From Torpedo marmorata (Eukaryota): a stretch of DNA of 64,000 bases. How positions within the stretch are numbered: position 1 is the first letter of the stretch; every line of letters starts with the position of its first letter. The translations under genes and the position numbers were made by a program. The notes beneath the pieces were generated by a model, which saw nothing but the letters and a program-made list of their open reading frames with translations, was not told the DNA's origin and ran no database searches. The stretch is from the NCBI GenBank assembly GCA_977017645.1, contig OZ360229.1, positions 107,942,001-108,006,000 on the forward strand, given 5' to 3'. Of this stretch, positions 13,740 to 24,030 are shown piece by piece.

Positions 13740-13930
13740 CTGGGTCTCCGAGAGACTCAGTGCCGACGCCAGTTCCACTCTCTCTGGGGTTGACAGATAG
13801 CGCTGGACCTCGAAGCGTTTCTCCAGCCCCGACAGCTGAGAGTCCGAGAAGACGGTGCGCGCTTTCCGCCGCCTGCAGTGTTTACCTGGAAGCTCTGGGG
13901 GATGTTGGAAGAGAGCCGGCACGTGCATTC
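13740..13930 (-). CDS. BSX: BSX coding exon 2 (191 bp), homeodomain helices 1-2
   Basis: Acceptor tcagtag|GA. Translates MHVPALFQHPPELPGKHCRRRKARTVFSDSQLSGLEKRFEVQRYLSTPERVELASALSLSETQ. Donor CAG|GTACAG. Phases match exons 1 and 3. Confidence 0.97.
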
Positions 13931-16715
13931 CTACTGATAACAGGAGAACAAGGTTTAATGTAAATTTTCTTCTCAGAGGAGCATTCTTCGTTCTGAAAGA
14001 TTCCTCGTGCGATAAAATCCCCCTTGCTCGCTGGATCCATGAGCGCCAGCGTTTTGTCCTTCACCATCCCCATGTGCCCACCAATTCTACTGGGCAACCA
14101 AAGACAGATATCCCGAATTACCCACTTGACAACATCGGTGGCAGCTCAGCAATTACAACAACCCACTGGAATGGTTTGCGCATTTTTATTTTCCCTTAGA
14201 GGTGGACTGAAAACCAATAACTATCTAATTAGTCTTCAAGATCGTAGGAAAATAACAGCGCGGTGTTTATAATGTATATCCAGCATTTACTCGTTAAACG
14301 ATCATTTCTGCGGAAATACATTTTTCATTCTAAATTTGAAACCTAATCGAACTGCCTTTTGATGTTAATTCTGTATATTAACAGGCCTGTCTTTTTGAGG
14401 TTAGGTTTTCTGGTTAACGGATAGCCAAATCTCAGCTCGCGGTTCATTTTGTCTCTTGACTAATCTACTGTGGGAGTTGGCGTTTGTCACAAATTGGTTG
14501 AGACAAAAGGGTGTTTGGTGTGTGAGGCTTGTTGTGTCAGACCTGCACAGCAAAGGCATAGTGGATATTTTAGTAAGTAACAACCATTGGCGAATAAACC
14601 TGATTATGTTATTTCGTGACTTTTTAAAGAAATGAAAGGTGATGTGGAACACTAGCATTTGAACATTTTGGTAAGAATGGAAAGTTTGGTGTGAACTCTC
14701 TCCTCACCTGTCATGATCCACTATGACGTTTAGAAAAGTTTCTATGTTGTTTTCCAACGCTGGTTTCACTTTGGGGCAGCATGTAACCAGTTATATTACA
14801 ATTAATAATCTTAAAATAACGGCTTTGAAATGTTTGATAGTTTAAAAATGTTTATGTTTTTACAAAGTTTAGTGTTAAGGCGGAAAGGAAATCGCGAATT
14901 CCTCTGAAATTAGAAGGGGCTTGAAAGCCGGGTTGCGGTGACGGAGTTGCTCTCAGCTCGCACTTTCGTTAGGTCAGAAATCGGCGAACATCTTTATCTT
15001 TAAAAATGGCCCGCTGATATTATCCGACAATATGTGTCCATGAACAAACTCATCTGCAACATTCACGGGGTGGTTTCCTACAAATCAATTTCATAGTATT
15101 TGATATAATTTACCATGTGTGTGAAAACCGTATCTTCAAACCTACCTCGCTGGACATTTACCCATCATACTTTCTTTGGTCCGGGGTCATTTTTTTGTTT
15201 TGTTTGACAACGCTATTAGAAGCGTTAGATTCTGTCTTAAAGGTGCAGAATAAAGTTGCCGACGTATTGCACAAGCCGTGATTATTAAGTAGTTTAGCCA
15301 CAGAGGCAGAAAATTGTACAGCTTTCCGCCCACCAGTCGCTGCCGACCTTTGGGGCTATTTAAACTGCTCCAATTTGTCAACATTGGGACCATGTCCTCT
15401 ATGCCTTGCTTATCCAAGTGTCTGTCCAACTATTTCCTTGTAGTTTTAACGAAAGCTAACGTTGGTGCTAACGAATGCTAACGTTATTGTAATATTAACA
15501 TAATGCATAATATTAATAGCTACAGTTAGTGAGAGGGCGATTTCATATATTTATTTAATACAGAAAGTTTATCAATATATTAAATGCTTCATTTTTACTC
15601 TTTATGATTTCAATGCATTCAAGAACATTTCAATATTGATGTCATTTCGAATAAAAGTTTTTTTTCAGAAGTGAATTTTGATTTTTTTTCCCCATCCTGG
15701 CAAGAAGATGGCTCAGGTTACTTCAGCACCGACCTGAATGCCAGTCCGAATGAAGAAGATGATAGAGGTATCTACAGGTGCTCTAATCAAAATAAACCGT
15801 AAAAATAAATCGTCAAAATAAATTGCAGGTTAATCGTGGGAAATTGCGCGCTGCTAAAATTTTACTTGAAATTGAAGTTTGGAAGACAGCTAAGAATCTG
15901 ATAAATGTGATCCGTTAAATTAACTACAGACCAATCTTATTCATTTGAAATACACGTTTTAAAACAAAATATGAAATTAAAGAGCTCGCTGCATTCAGAC
16001 TTCTTAGTAAAGGTGATTTTGAAACGGTGATTAACGCCTCTTTAAAGCGAGTATTTTAATCCACGTGTCAAAATAACACAAGTGTCATTCCTAAAATAAA
16101 ATTGCTAAAATCGCCGACAACTAAGGAACCAAAACTTTACCAACAATTCTACTTTGAAACAGATTCTTCGTAAGAAGAAATCACTCAGTTCGAAATAAGT
16201 ATAACATTTTAAGCAGTCAAATCCTACTTTAGAATGTGACATGTACTTCATTTATTGTGCAATCGTTTTCGCAAAATCAGTTTATCGTTCGATCAAAGCC
16301 CTTGCCTTGGTTCTGACCTGAATACGTGATTAAATTCACTTATTTCATCACCACATTTTTTGTCTGAAACTTTCATAGCATTGCACTGATATTCGGTTTC
16401 ATATATATTTGCACAATTGGGCAGTTGGATCCTGATTCCTGATGTCTGGAACAACACTGTGAACTTTGTGCGCTGGAAAACAAAATATTTAACGCGCTCG
16501 ATTAAATTTTGGGAGACAGGTCACAAAACAAACACGAAGCGTGAATGTTCTCTCTTCAATTGTCGGCTCCACAGATTCAGCAGAGACCGCTGTCGATGAT
16601 TGAACATACTGAGAAATGCACAGTAAATTTAACATTCAGCACTTGCCTATCTTCCACGTACAAACACTTCCTCTTACTGTTCTACTCCCACTTTGTAGCT
16701 GACAGATCGACTTAC

Positions 16716-16977
16716 CAGGAGACGTGAAGAAGTAAGGGTGATGATGCTCCGGCTTGTGGAGTGGGTGGTGAGGGTGAGGTGCCAGGATGGTTGGAGTTGG
16801 CATTATAGGGTATCCATATTCTAGCAAAGGGACACGGGATGCCAAGGAACTGGCATAAGAAACAGAAGGGGCTTCTCTCACGGGCTTGGGTTTGTGCAGT
16901 AAGATGTCTTCGATGAAGAAAGACGTTGGCCGCTGGGCAGAAACCTGGTGTATCGGGGAAGTGAAATTCAGATTCAT
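16716..16977 (-). CDS. BSX: BSX brain-specific homeobox, coding exon 1 (262 bp)
   Basis: Translates MNLNFTSPIHQVSAQRPTSFFIEDILLHKPKP...HPHHPLHKPEHHHPYFFTSP, a Bsx N-terminus with an eh1-like FFIEDIL motif. Ends at a G|GTAAGT donor, phase 1. Confidence 0.96.
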
Positions 16978-17099
16978 CCTTCTACTTTTCTGGCTGACAG
17001 TCCAAAGATGTTTCCTCCCGTTTTGTTTTGTGCGTGGAAACTCCACTAACAAGCCGGACGAGTCTTTTTTATCAGCGAGACTCGGCTGAATGTCTTGTT

Positions 17100-17430
17100 T
17101 TAGATGCAACAGGTTTGTAGGAGGTTTAGAGACTATTTACTTGAAGTAGAAGATTTGCACTTCGCCAGGGAATACAACCGCGATTAGCCAATAGGGAAGT
17201 TCTGGGCGGAGGATCGGAATGAATGAGTACGCTTGCTGGGTAGATAGGCGCAAGTAGCGTTGGTCATGAGGAGCTGACCCAGGTACTGAATAACTTCAAT
17301 TATAATTATTACTGCAAGCGCTTTGCGTTTCATTTGAAAGAAAAAAGTGGTTTTCCTGAACAAAGTTATATATTTTATCAATTTCTAATTTTGACTTGTT
17401 CAAGTTGTGTTTCACGTGTCATGGAAAACA
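17100..17430 (-). promoter_or_regulatory. Probable BSX proximal promoter
   Basis: Lies just upstream of the ATG. Contains a CCAAT box near 17188, a TAAATA element near 17134-17139, an E-box CACGTG near 17413 and retained CpGs. The transcription start is not determined. Confidence 0.4.
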
Positions 17431-18829
17431 TTTTTTTTTGACTGGACAATATTCATTTAGAAGACAAGCGGAATTGGTGGTGGAACTATATCAACTTTTA
17501 CATTCGCTGACCTGCTGTCGGGACACACCTGCTTTTGAGTCAGTTTCCCAGCATCTGTAATCGGAAAAAAAACACAATTACATTCAATAATTTCAGATAA
17601 TTGGTCTTTCCAGTTTGTGCTAAATCTGGTCGTTTTTGCACACCACGGATGCTATTTTTTTTTCTTTCGTAATTTCTTTTATTTTAGATTTCTAACAACT
17701 TGTCGTGGTTTCTATCCTCCAGTTCCAACATTTTTTCTAGGCTTTGCCTTCATTCGTTTCCTTCTACGTTCGCCTTCCTCTCATCTCGAGATCATAGTTT
17801 ATGACATTTAATCTGGCCTGTCCACTGAGATTCCCTTTGTTCACTCCACCTCTCTGCTCTTAAATTGCAGGTTTGATTTCCTGGCTCTGATCAAAGGTCG
17901 TCGACTCGAAGCGTTTACTCGCCCTGGTTACTCTGACAGGTTCTCCCAGTCTCAGAGCCTCCAGGACCAAGGGTCGTGCAGGAGAGGAAAACACCAGCCT
18001 CAGCCACTTCAAGACGCACACAAGACTGATGGAAATATTTCACCATTCTTTCATCACCATTGCCTCTAATTCCAGAATTTTTTTACCCAACAGCATTGCA
18101 GCATTGTGAGGTCTGATGTGTTTTAAACCTTCAAGGACTTTTAGAGGTGGATAATCTTGTTTGACACAGCTAATCCCCCTCCCATAAATAAAAATCTACA
18201 CCACTGGTTGACTAACAATCATTAAACCTTGTTCAGTGTTCTGCATTTCTAACTCTCTGCTGTTTAAATATCAGGGCATGAAAAATTTAACAGTCAAACT
18301 TCAGATAAAGATAATTCAGGGCCTAACTTGTTATTTAGCATGAGTGAGTGTGGGGAGAGGTATTGGATCATGAAGTGGTTTCAACATGGAAGGAGGCCAT
18401 TCAGCCCATCATTGCCATGCAAGAACAATCCAATTGTTTCACACTTCACCCCAACCTTTCATTTTTTTCCTCACCATGTATCCAATTCCCTCTTGAAAAC
18501 TACCGCTTCCCTACCTGTAGGCTGTGCACTCCAGCTCCCAACTCACGGGTGACAGAGAAATGTTTATCTTCATGTCATTTTTAATTAGCTTTGCCTTGTT
18601 GTGACCTTTAGTCCCGACCCTTCATTTTATATAATAACGATCCGGTGAATTTCCTCACAATTACCAATACTTTGTGTGAGGCATAGCCCAAAGTACTCAA
18701 TTTTGTGCCCGGGTAAACTTTTCATAGACAGAAAAGTTGTGATAATGGGACTCCAGGTTCCCGCGAAACAAATTTTCCAAACAACAAGTGAAAGAATAGA
18801 AGAGAGCATTGTTATTCTATTTTTTTTTT

Positions 18830-19055
18830 TAAATTTAGAGATACTACACGATAACAGGTCCCTCCGGCCCAACAGCCCACATCGCCCAATTACACCAAGG
18901 TGACCAATTAACCTACTAACCCCGTACGTCTTTGGAATATGGGAGGAAACCGAGCACCCAGAGGAAACCCATGAAGTCACAGAGAGAACGTACAAACTCC
19001 TTACAGACAGCGCATGTTCGAACCTGGGTCGCTGGCGCTGTAAAACCGTGCCACC
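18830..19055 (-). mobile_element. tRNA-derived V-SINE
   Basis: Contains the V-domain (gtacaaactccttacagacagc on +) and a box B-like ggttcgaa. Confidence 0.8.
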
Positions 19056-19148
19056 ATTATTTTGAACTCTTTGTGTTCCCTACTTTATTGCTTCACCCAG
19101 GAGGTGCTGTGGGTAATGGACCATTCTTTAGCATTCTGAGAAAGGACA

Positions 19149-19360
19149 AGAAGCTAAGCAGGCACAGGACTGGTCAGTACTTGGAGGGGAGACCGCCAAG
19201 GAACACCAGGTGCTGTAGGTTTCTGTGAGGGGCGCTGGACAAAATAGCGACCCTTTGTCTGCCTTACGGTAGACAAAAATTAAAGAATTTCATGTATGTT
19301 ACATTCTAAATGTAGTATTACGTGACAATAATGGAACCTTTACCTTTACCTTTACCTTTA
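19149..19360 (+). mobile_element. 5S rRNA-derived SINE (SINE3-type), 5'-truncated
   Basis: agaagctaagcaggcacaggactggtcagtacttggaggggagaccgccaaggaacaccaggtgctgtagg, then a body, tgacaataa and an (ACCTTT)4 tail. Confidence 0.88.
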
Positions 19361-19588
19361 CACAGTTATTGTCTCTTTGTATAAAGGCATCCCTGGATAG
19401 ATCCAGTCAACTTCGTCCTTGTTTATAATTCTAGACCATGACAATTTGGCAGGGGCCAGTTGAATAATTGCATTCTGAGCCCAAATGAAAGGACGGGATA
19501 CTACTGCCGCCTTAGCAGGGAGCCACACATCGTATCCCCATCGCCTGAAATCTGCCATCTACTGCAATGCCAAGCCTGAGTCTATTGT

Positions 19589-19758
19589 TGTTGTGAATAT
19601 ATGCCTGCGTGTGTATGACATCATCATGCCCGGTGTGTGACGACATCACGTATATATATTGTGTGCTGCGGGGGAACCATTTTAGAACTACAATAAACAA
19701 TGAATGAAGCATCATGACTCAGTGTGCCAGTGTATTTCTAAGCCTAGAATACACAACA
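19589..19758 (+). repeat. 5' LTR (170 bp) of the Gypsy element
   Basis: Inverted termini TGTTGTG...CACAACA, a TATA-like tatatata and AATAAA. Homologous to the LTR at 58226-58381. Confidence 0.85.
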
Positions 19759-19761
19759 GAT

Positions 19762-19774
19762 TGGCGACGAGGAT
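19762..19774 (+). other. Primer binding site complementary to the tRNA-Ser(GCU) 3' end
   Basis: TGGCGACGAGGAT is the reverse complement of ATCCTCGTCGCCA and lies 3 nt after the LTR. Confidence 0.8.
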
Positions 19775-22700
19775 CAAAACGAACTCCCTCTATGCTCCGA
19801 ATGTTAGAGTGAAGATTTTAAAGGAAAACGCAAGACTGTCACCACAGTGAGCCCCACAGGCTTGAGCGCATAGAACAAAGGAAAGAAGACTCAAAATGGC
19901 AGAAGGACAGTTTGGAAAATTCGTTGACTCAGAAGAAGACTGGTATGATTATGTCGAAAGATTTGATCAACACTGTCTTGCCCATAATATTACTGACACA
20001 CCACTTTTGAACCAGAAACAGGCACTGTTTCTGAGCCAAGTGGGAAGCAAGACATTTAAAATGATGAAATCTCTTTTAGCACCTGAAAGACAAAGCACAA
20101 AAACTTAGGCAGAATTGCGTGCTATAATAGGGGCACATCTATGCCCAAAACCACTAGTCATCACCGAAAGACAAAAATTTTACTTTAAAAAACAGAAAAT
20201 ATGCGAATCCGTAAACGAATTTTTGGCTGAATTACGTAGACTGCCAGAAACCTGTGAGTTTGGTGCATTATTAAACAAAGCATTAAGAGACCGGTTAATA
20301 ATGGGTTTAGCTGACCGCAGTGCCAGACAGCGATTGCTAAGTACAAAAGATGTAACCCTTAATTCGGCATATGACACAGCCTTGAGTTTTGAAATGGCCG
20401 ATAACAACTTGGACATTGGCCAAGTCAAACCACAGGTGGTGGGAAAAGTTTCCAGCCAAAAATGTTTTCACTGCGTTATTTCAGAAAATCTAGATGTCAT
20501 CTATGTTACAAAGAGAGACACATCAGAGCCAAATGTCCAAGAAAGAAAGAAAGTGTCAACAAGAGAAAAAAGGAGAAAAAGCGAAGACCTAAATACAAAA
20601 AATAGCCCTCCGGAGTAAAAACCGTGGAGGAGGAGGATGAAACCCCTAGCAGTGAAACTAACGACTCGGAGGAAGACAATGCAGGGGAAGTAATGTATAT
20701 TCATGGATTAAAGGATAAGAAATCGGAAATCTACGTCCCTGTGAAAATCAACAACGAACCTCTTCGAATGGAATTAGACACGGGAGTGGCAGTGTCGTTA
20801 ATGCCACTAAACTTAAAAGCATGATTGCTACCCCACCTCACCATTAAAGAGTCCAACATGGTGTTGAAAACGGTCACAGGGGAGAAAGTCAAGGTGTTTG
20901 GAAAATGCAAAGTAAACATGGAATATAATGGACAGACACCTAAAAGATTATCCCTCTACATCGTTGACACCAAGGAGCTGGCATTGTTCGGAAGAAACTG
21001 GTTATCACACATCCAACTAGATTGGATGGAAATTGGATCCATAATGAACGTATGCCTGGAGGATGAGGCCAAGCCAAAACTGCAGCAAGTGCTCAAGAGG
21101 TATCAGACGATTTTTGGAAAAGGCCTGGGGAAATTCCAAGGAGTCCAGGCGAAGTTACACTTGAAACCCAGTGTTGAACCCCGGTTCTATAAGCCCAGGA
21201 CAGTTCCGTTGCAATAAAAGGAACGGTTGAATCAGAACTTCACAGGTTGGAAAATGAAGGAATCCTGGAAAGAATTCAATACAGTGACTGGGCAGCTCCC
21301 ATCGTACCAGTCTGAAAAGCCAATGGAGAAATCCGAATTTGTGGTGATTACAAAGTCACCATTAATCAGGCTCTGCAAATACCAGAACATCCTATGCCCA
21401 AAGCGGAGGAATTATTTCAGGCCCTGAATGGGGGTAGAACATTCACGAAACTGGACTTATCCCAGGTGTATCAGCAAGTCGAATTGGATGAGGCCTCAAA
21501 TAAATATGTGGCCATCAATACTCACTTGGGGTTATTCACCTATACCTGAATGCCATATGGAATATCAGCAGCCCCAGCGATATTTCAAGCGATCATGGAC
21601 AAATTGTTGCACGGCATAAATGTAGGATGCTACCTCGATGACATCATAATTACAGGTCGAGATGACTCAGTGCATCTATCAAACCTGGAAAAGGTCCTAG
21701 CCCGATTGCAACAAGCAAATGTCCGTCTGCGCCAGGACAAGATTATATTTATGGTACCTTCCATAACATATTTAGGATTTACAATTAATAGTGAAGGAGT
21801 CCAACTGGATACAACTGGTATCGAGGCCATCCGTAGAGCACCCTAACCATCGAATAAAGCTGAATTTCAATCAATCTTGGGTTTGGTTAACCATTATTGG
21901 AAGCACTTTCCAAAAATGTCAATGCTGTGCAGCCCGCTGAATCAATTGTTAAGAAAAGAACAGAAATGATGCTAGAATGGAGAGACAAGTAACGTGGTCA
22001 ATCGTTTGAAAGAACTGCTGACATCAAGTGATAATGTTCTTGTCCACTACGACCCAGAAAAGGAAGTGACCCTGGCGGTGGATGCTTCGCCAGTGGGCTT
22101 AGGTGCGGTGTTGTCACAAGTAACGGAAAAAGGGGGAACAACCGGTTGCTTATGCCTCCCGGTCTTTACGACTTGTGAAAGTAATTATGCACAACTGGAA
22201 AAAGAAGGACTCGCAATAATATTTGGTGTCAAACGAGTTCACCAATACTTATAGGTAGGATGTTTACCTTGGTAACAGACAACAAACCACTGAGTTTGAT
22301 TCTAGGCCCTAAAAAGGGGATTCCAGTGCTAGCTGCAACAAGAATTCAAAGGTGGGCCATGCAGCTCGCTGCATATGATTACGATTTGAAACATAAACCA
22401 GCAACTCAAAACGGCCATGCTGATGCCCTATCTCGCTTACCTCTACCTGAAAGTGAACAGAAAGACGAGATAATTAAATGGACGGCAGAAGCTACAGCTA
22501 TTAATCAAGAACAACTTAATTGCTTACCAATTACAGCAAAGACTATCAGCAAAGAAGTACGGAAATAAGCTACACTGTCAAAGGTCCTATATTTCACTTT
22601 AAATGGGTGGCCCGAAGCCAAAGCTATTTCTCCCAAACTGAAACCTTATTATACACGATGCGATGAAATATCAATTGAAGAATGTTGTTTATTATGGGGA

Positions 22701-23534
22701 ACCAGGACAATCGTTCCTACGAAATGGCAGGCTGCCATGTTATCAGAGCTCCACAATAATCACCCAGGGATGGTTCGAATGAAAGCTTTGGCACATATGC
22801 ATGTCTGGTGGCCATCAATGGACATCAATATTGAACAGACAGTGAGAAGATGTTGCATTTGTCAAGAGATGCAACCCAAAGCACCTCAAGCCGAAGCTAA
22901 CCCATGGAAATGGCCATCACGACCATGGCACAGGATTCACGTAGATTTCTTGGGTTCCTTATTGTTGTTGATGCACATTCTAAATGCCAGTAAGTGTCTC
23001 TTCATTCCAGCACCATTTCTGTTCTTTTCTTAACAATTGGTTCAGCGGGCTGCACAGCATTGACATATCATGGAATCACAAAATCGCATATTTTCTGTTA
23101 GGATATAGAAACACGCCGCACTCTACAACCAAACAAACACCAGCAGAATTGATGTTTGGGCGTGACTTAAGGACAAGACTTTCCACAGTGCACCCGAACA
23201 TCGGCCTCTGCATGGAACAATCCACATCTCCAGGTAAATCTACCAGATCTCTGGAAGTAGGAGAGTGAGTACTGCTACTAGACTACCGAGAAAATAGGGA
23301 GTCGTGGGTGAGAGGCTTGATTCTTAAAAAATTAAGTCCCTGTTCTTATTCTATACTGTTGGGAACTAAAATATGGAAACGGCACATCGACCAGTTAAGA
23401 GCGGTGGATGATCCTATGGCCACACCTTCTGCTCACGATCGGACAAGATTCCAGACGAGATTCCATTTTGGGCTCCTGCCACCGACAACATTCCAGAAAA
23501 ATCTTTGGAAAATGATGCCCGCTGGATGTCGACC

Positions 23535-24030
23535 GCTCAGCAGAGCAGTCCTACACTATGTCCGGCTCAACAGAGCAGTCCTACACTATGTCCGGCTCAA
23601 CAGAGCAGTCCTACACTATGTCCGGCTCAACAGAGCAGTCCTACACTATGTCCGGCTCAACAGAGCAGTCCTACACTATGTCCTGCTCAACAGAGCAGTC
23701 CTACACTATGTCCGGCTCAACAGAGCAGTCCTACACTATGTCCGGCTCAACAGAGCAGTCCTACACTATGTCCGGCTCAACAGAGCAGTCCTACACTATG
23801 TCCGGCTCAACAGAGCAGTCCTACACTATGTCCGGCTCAACAGAGCAGTCCTACACTATGTCCGGCTCAACAGAGCAGTCCTACACTATGTCCGGCTCAA
23901 CAGAGCAGTCCTACATGATGTCCGGCTCAACAGAGCAGTCCTACACTATGTCCGGCTCAACAGAGCAGTCCTACACTATGTCCGGCTCAACAGAGCATTC
24001 CTACACTGCTTCCTGCTCTGCAGCACAGTC
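23535..24030 (+). repeat. 30-bp minisatellite, about 16 copies, in the Gypsy pol tail
   Basis: The unit cagagcagtcctacactatgtccggctcaa recurs every 30 bp from 23541 to about 24020 with few substitutions. Confidence 0.97.

Noticed and set aside
16978-17109. 44-aa N-terminal extension of BSX in ORF 16636..17109
   Set aside because: It starts at a non-ATG codon. The recognisable Bsx N-terminus MNLNFTS begins at 16977.
19149-19222. Functional 5S rRNA gene (also 13240-13320)
   Set aside because: It is 5'-truncated, has many substitutions shared by both copies, and is fused to a non-rRNA body with a tandem tail, so it is a SINE.
23535-24030. 30-bp array as a CRISPR array or a repetitive host protein (ORFs 23308, 23505, 23558)
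   Set aside because: The units are contiguous with no spacers, the context is eukaryotic with no cas genes, and the array sits inside Gypsy pol. The long ORFs result from a stop-free repeat unit.
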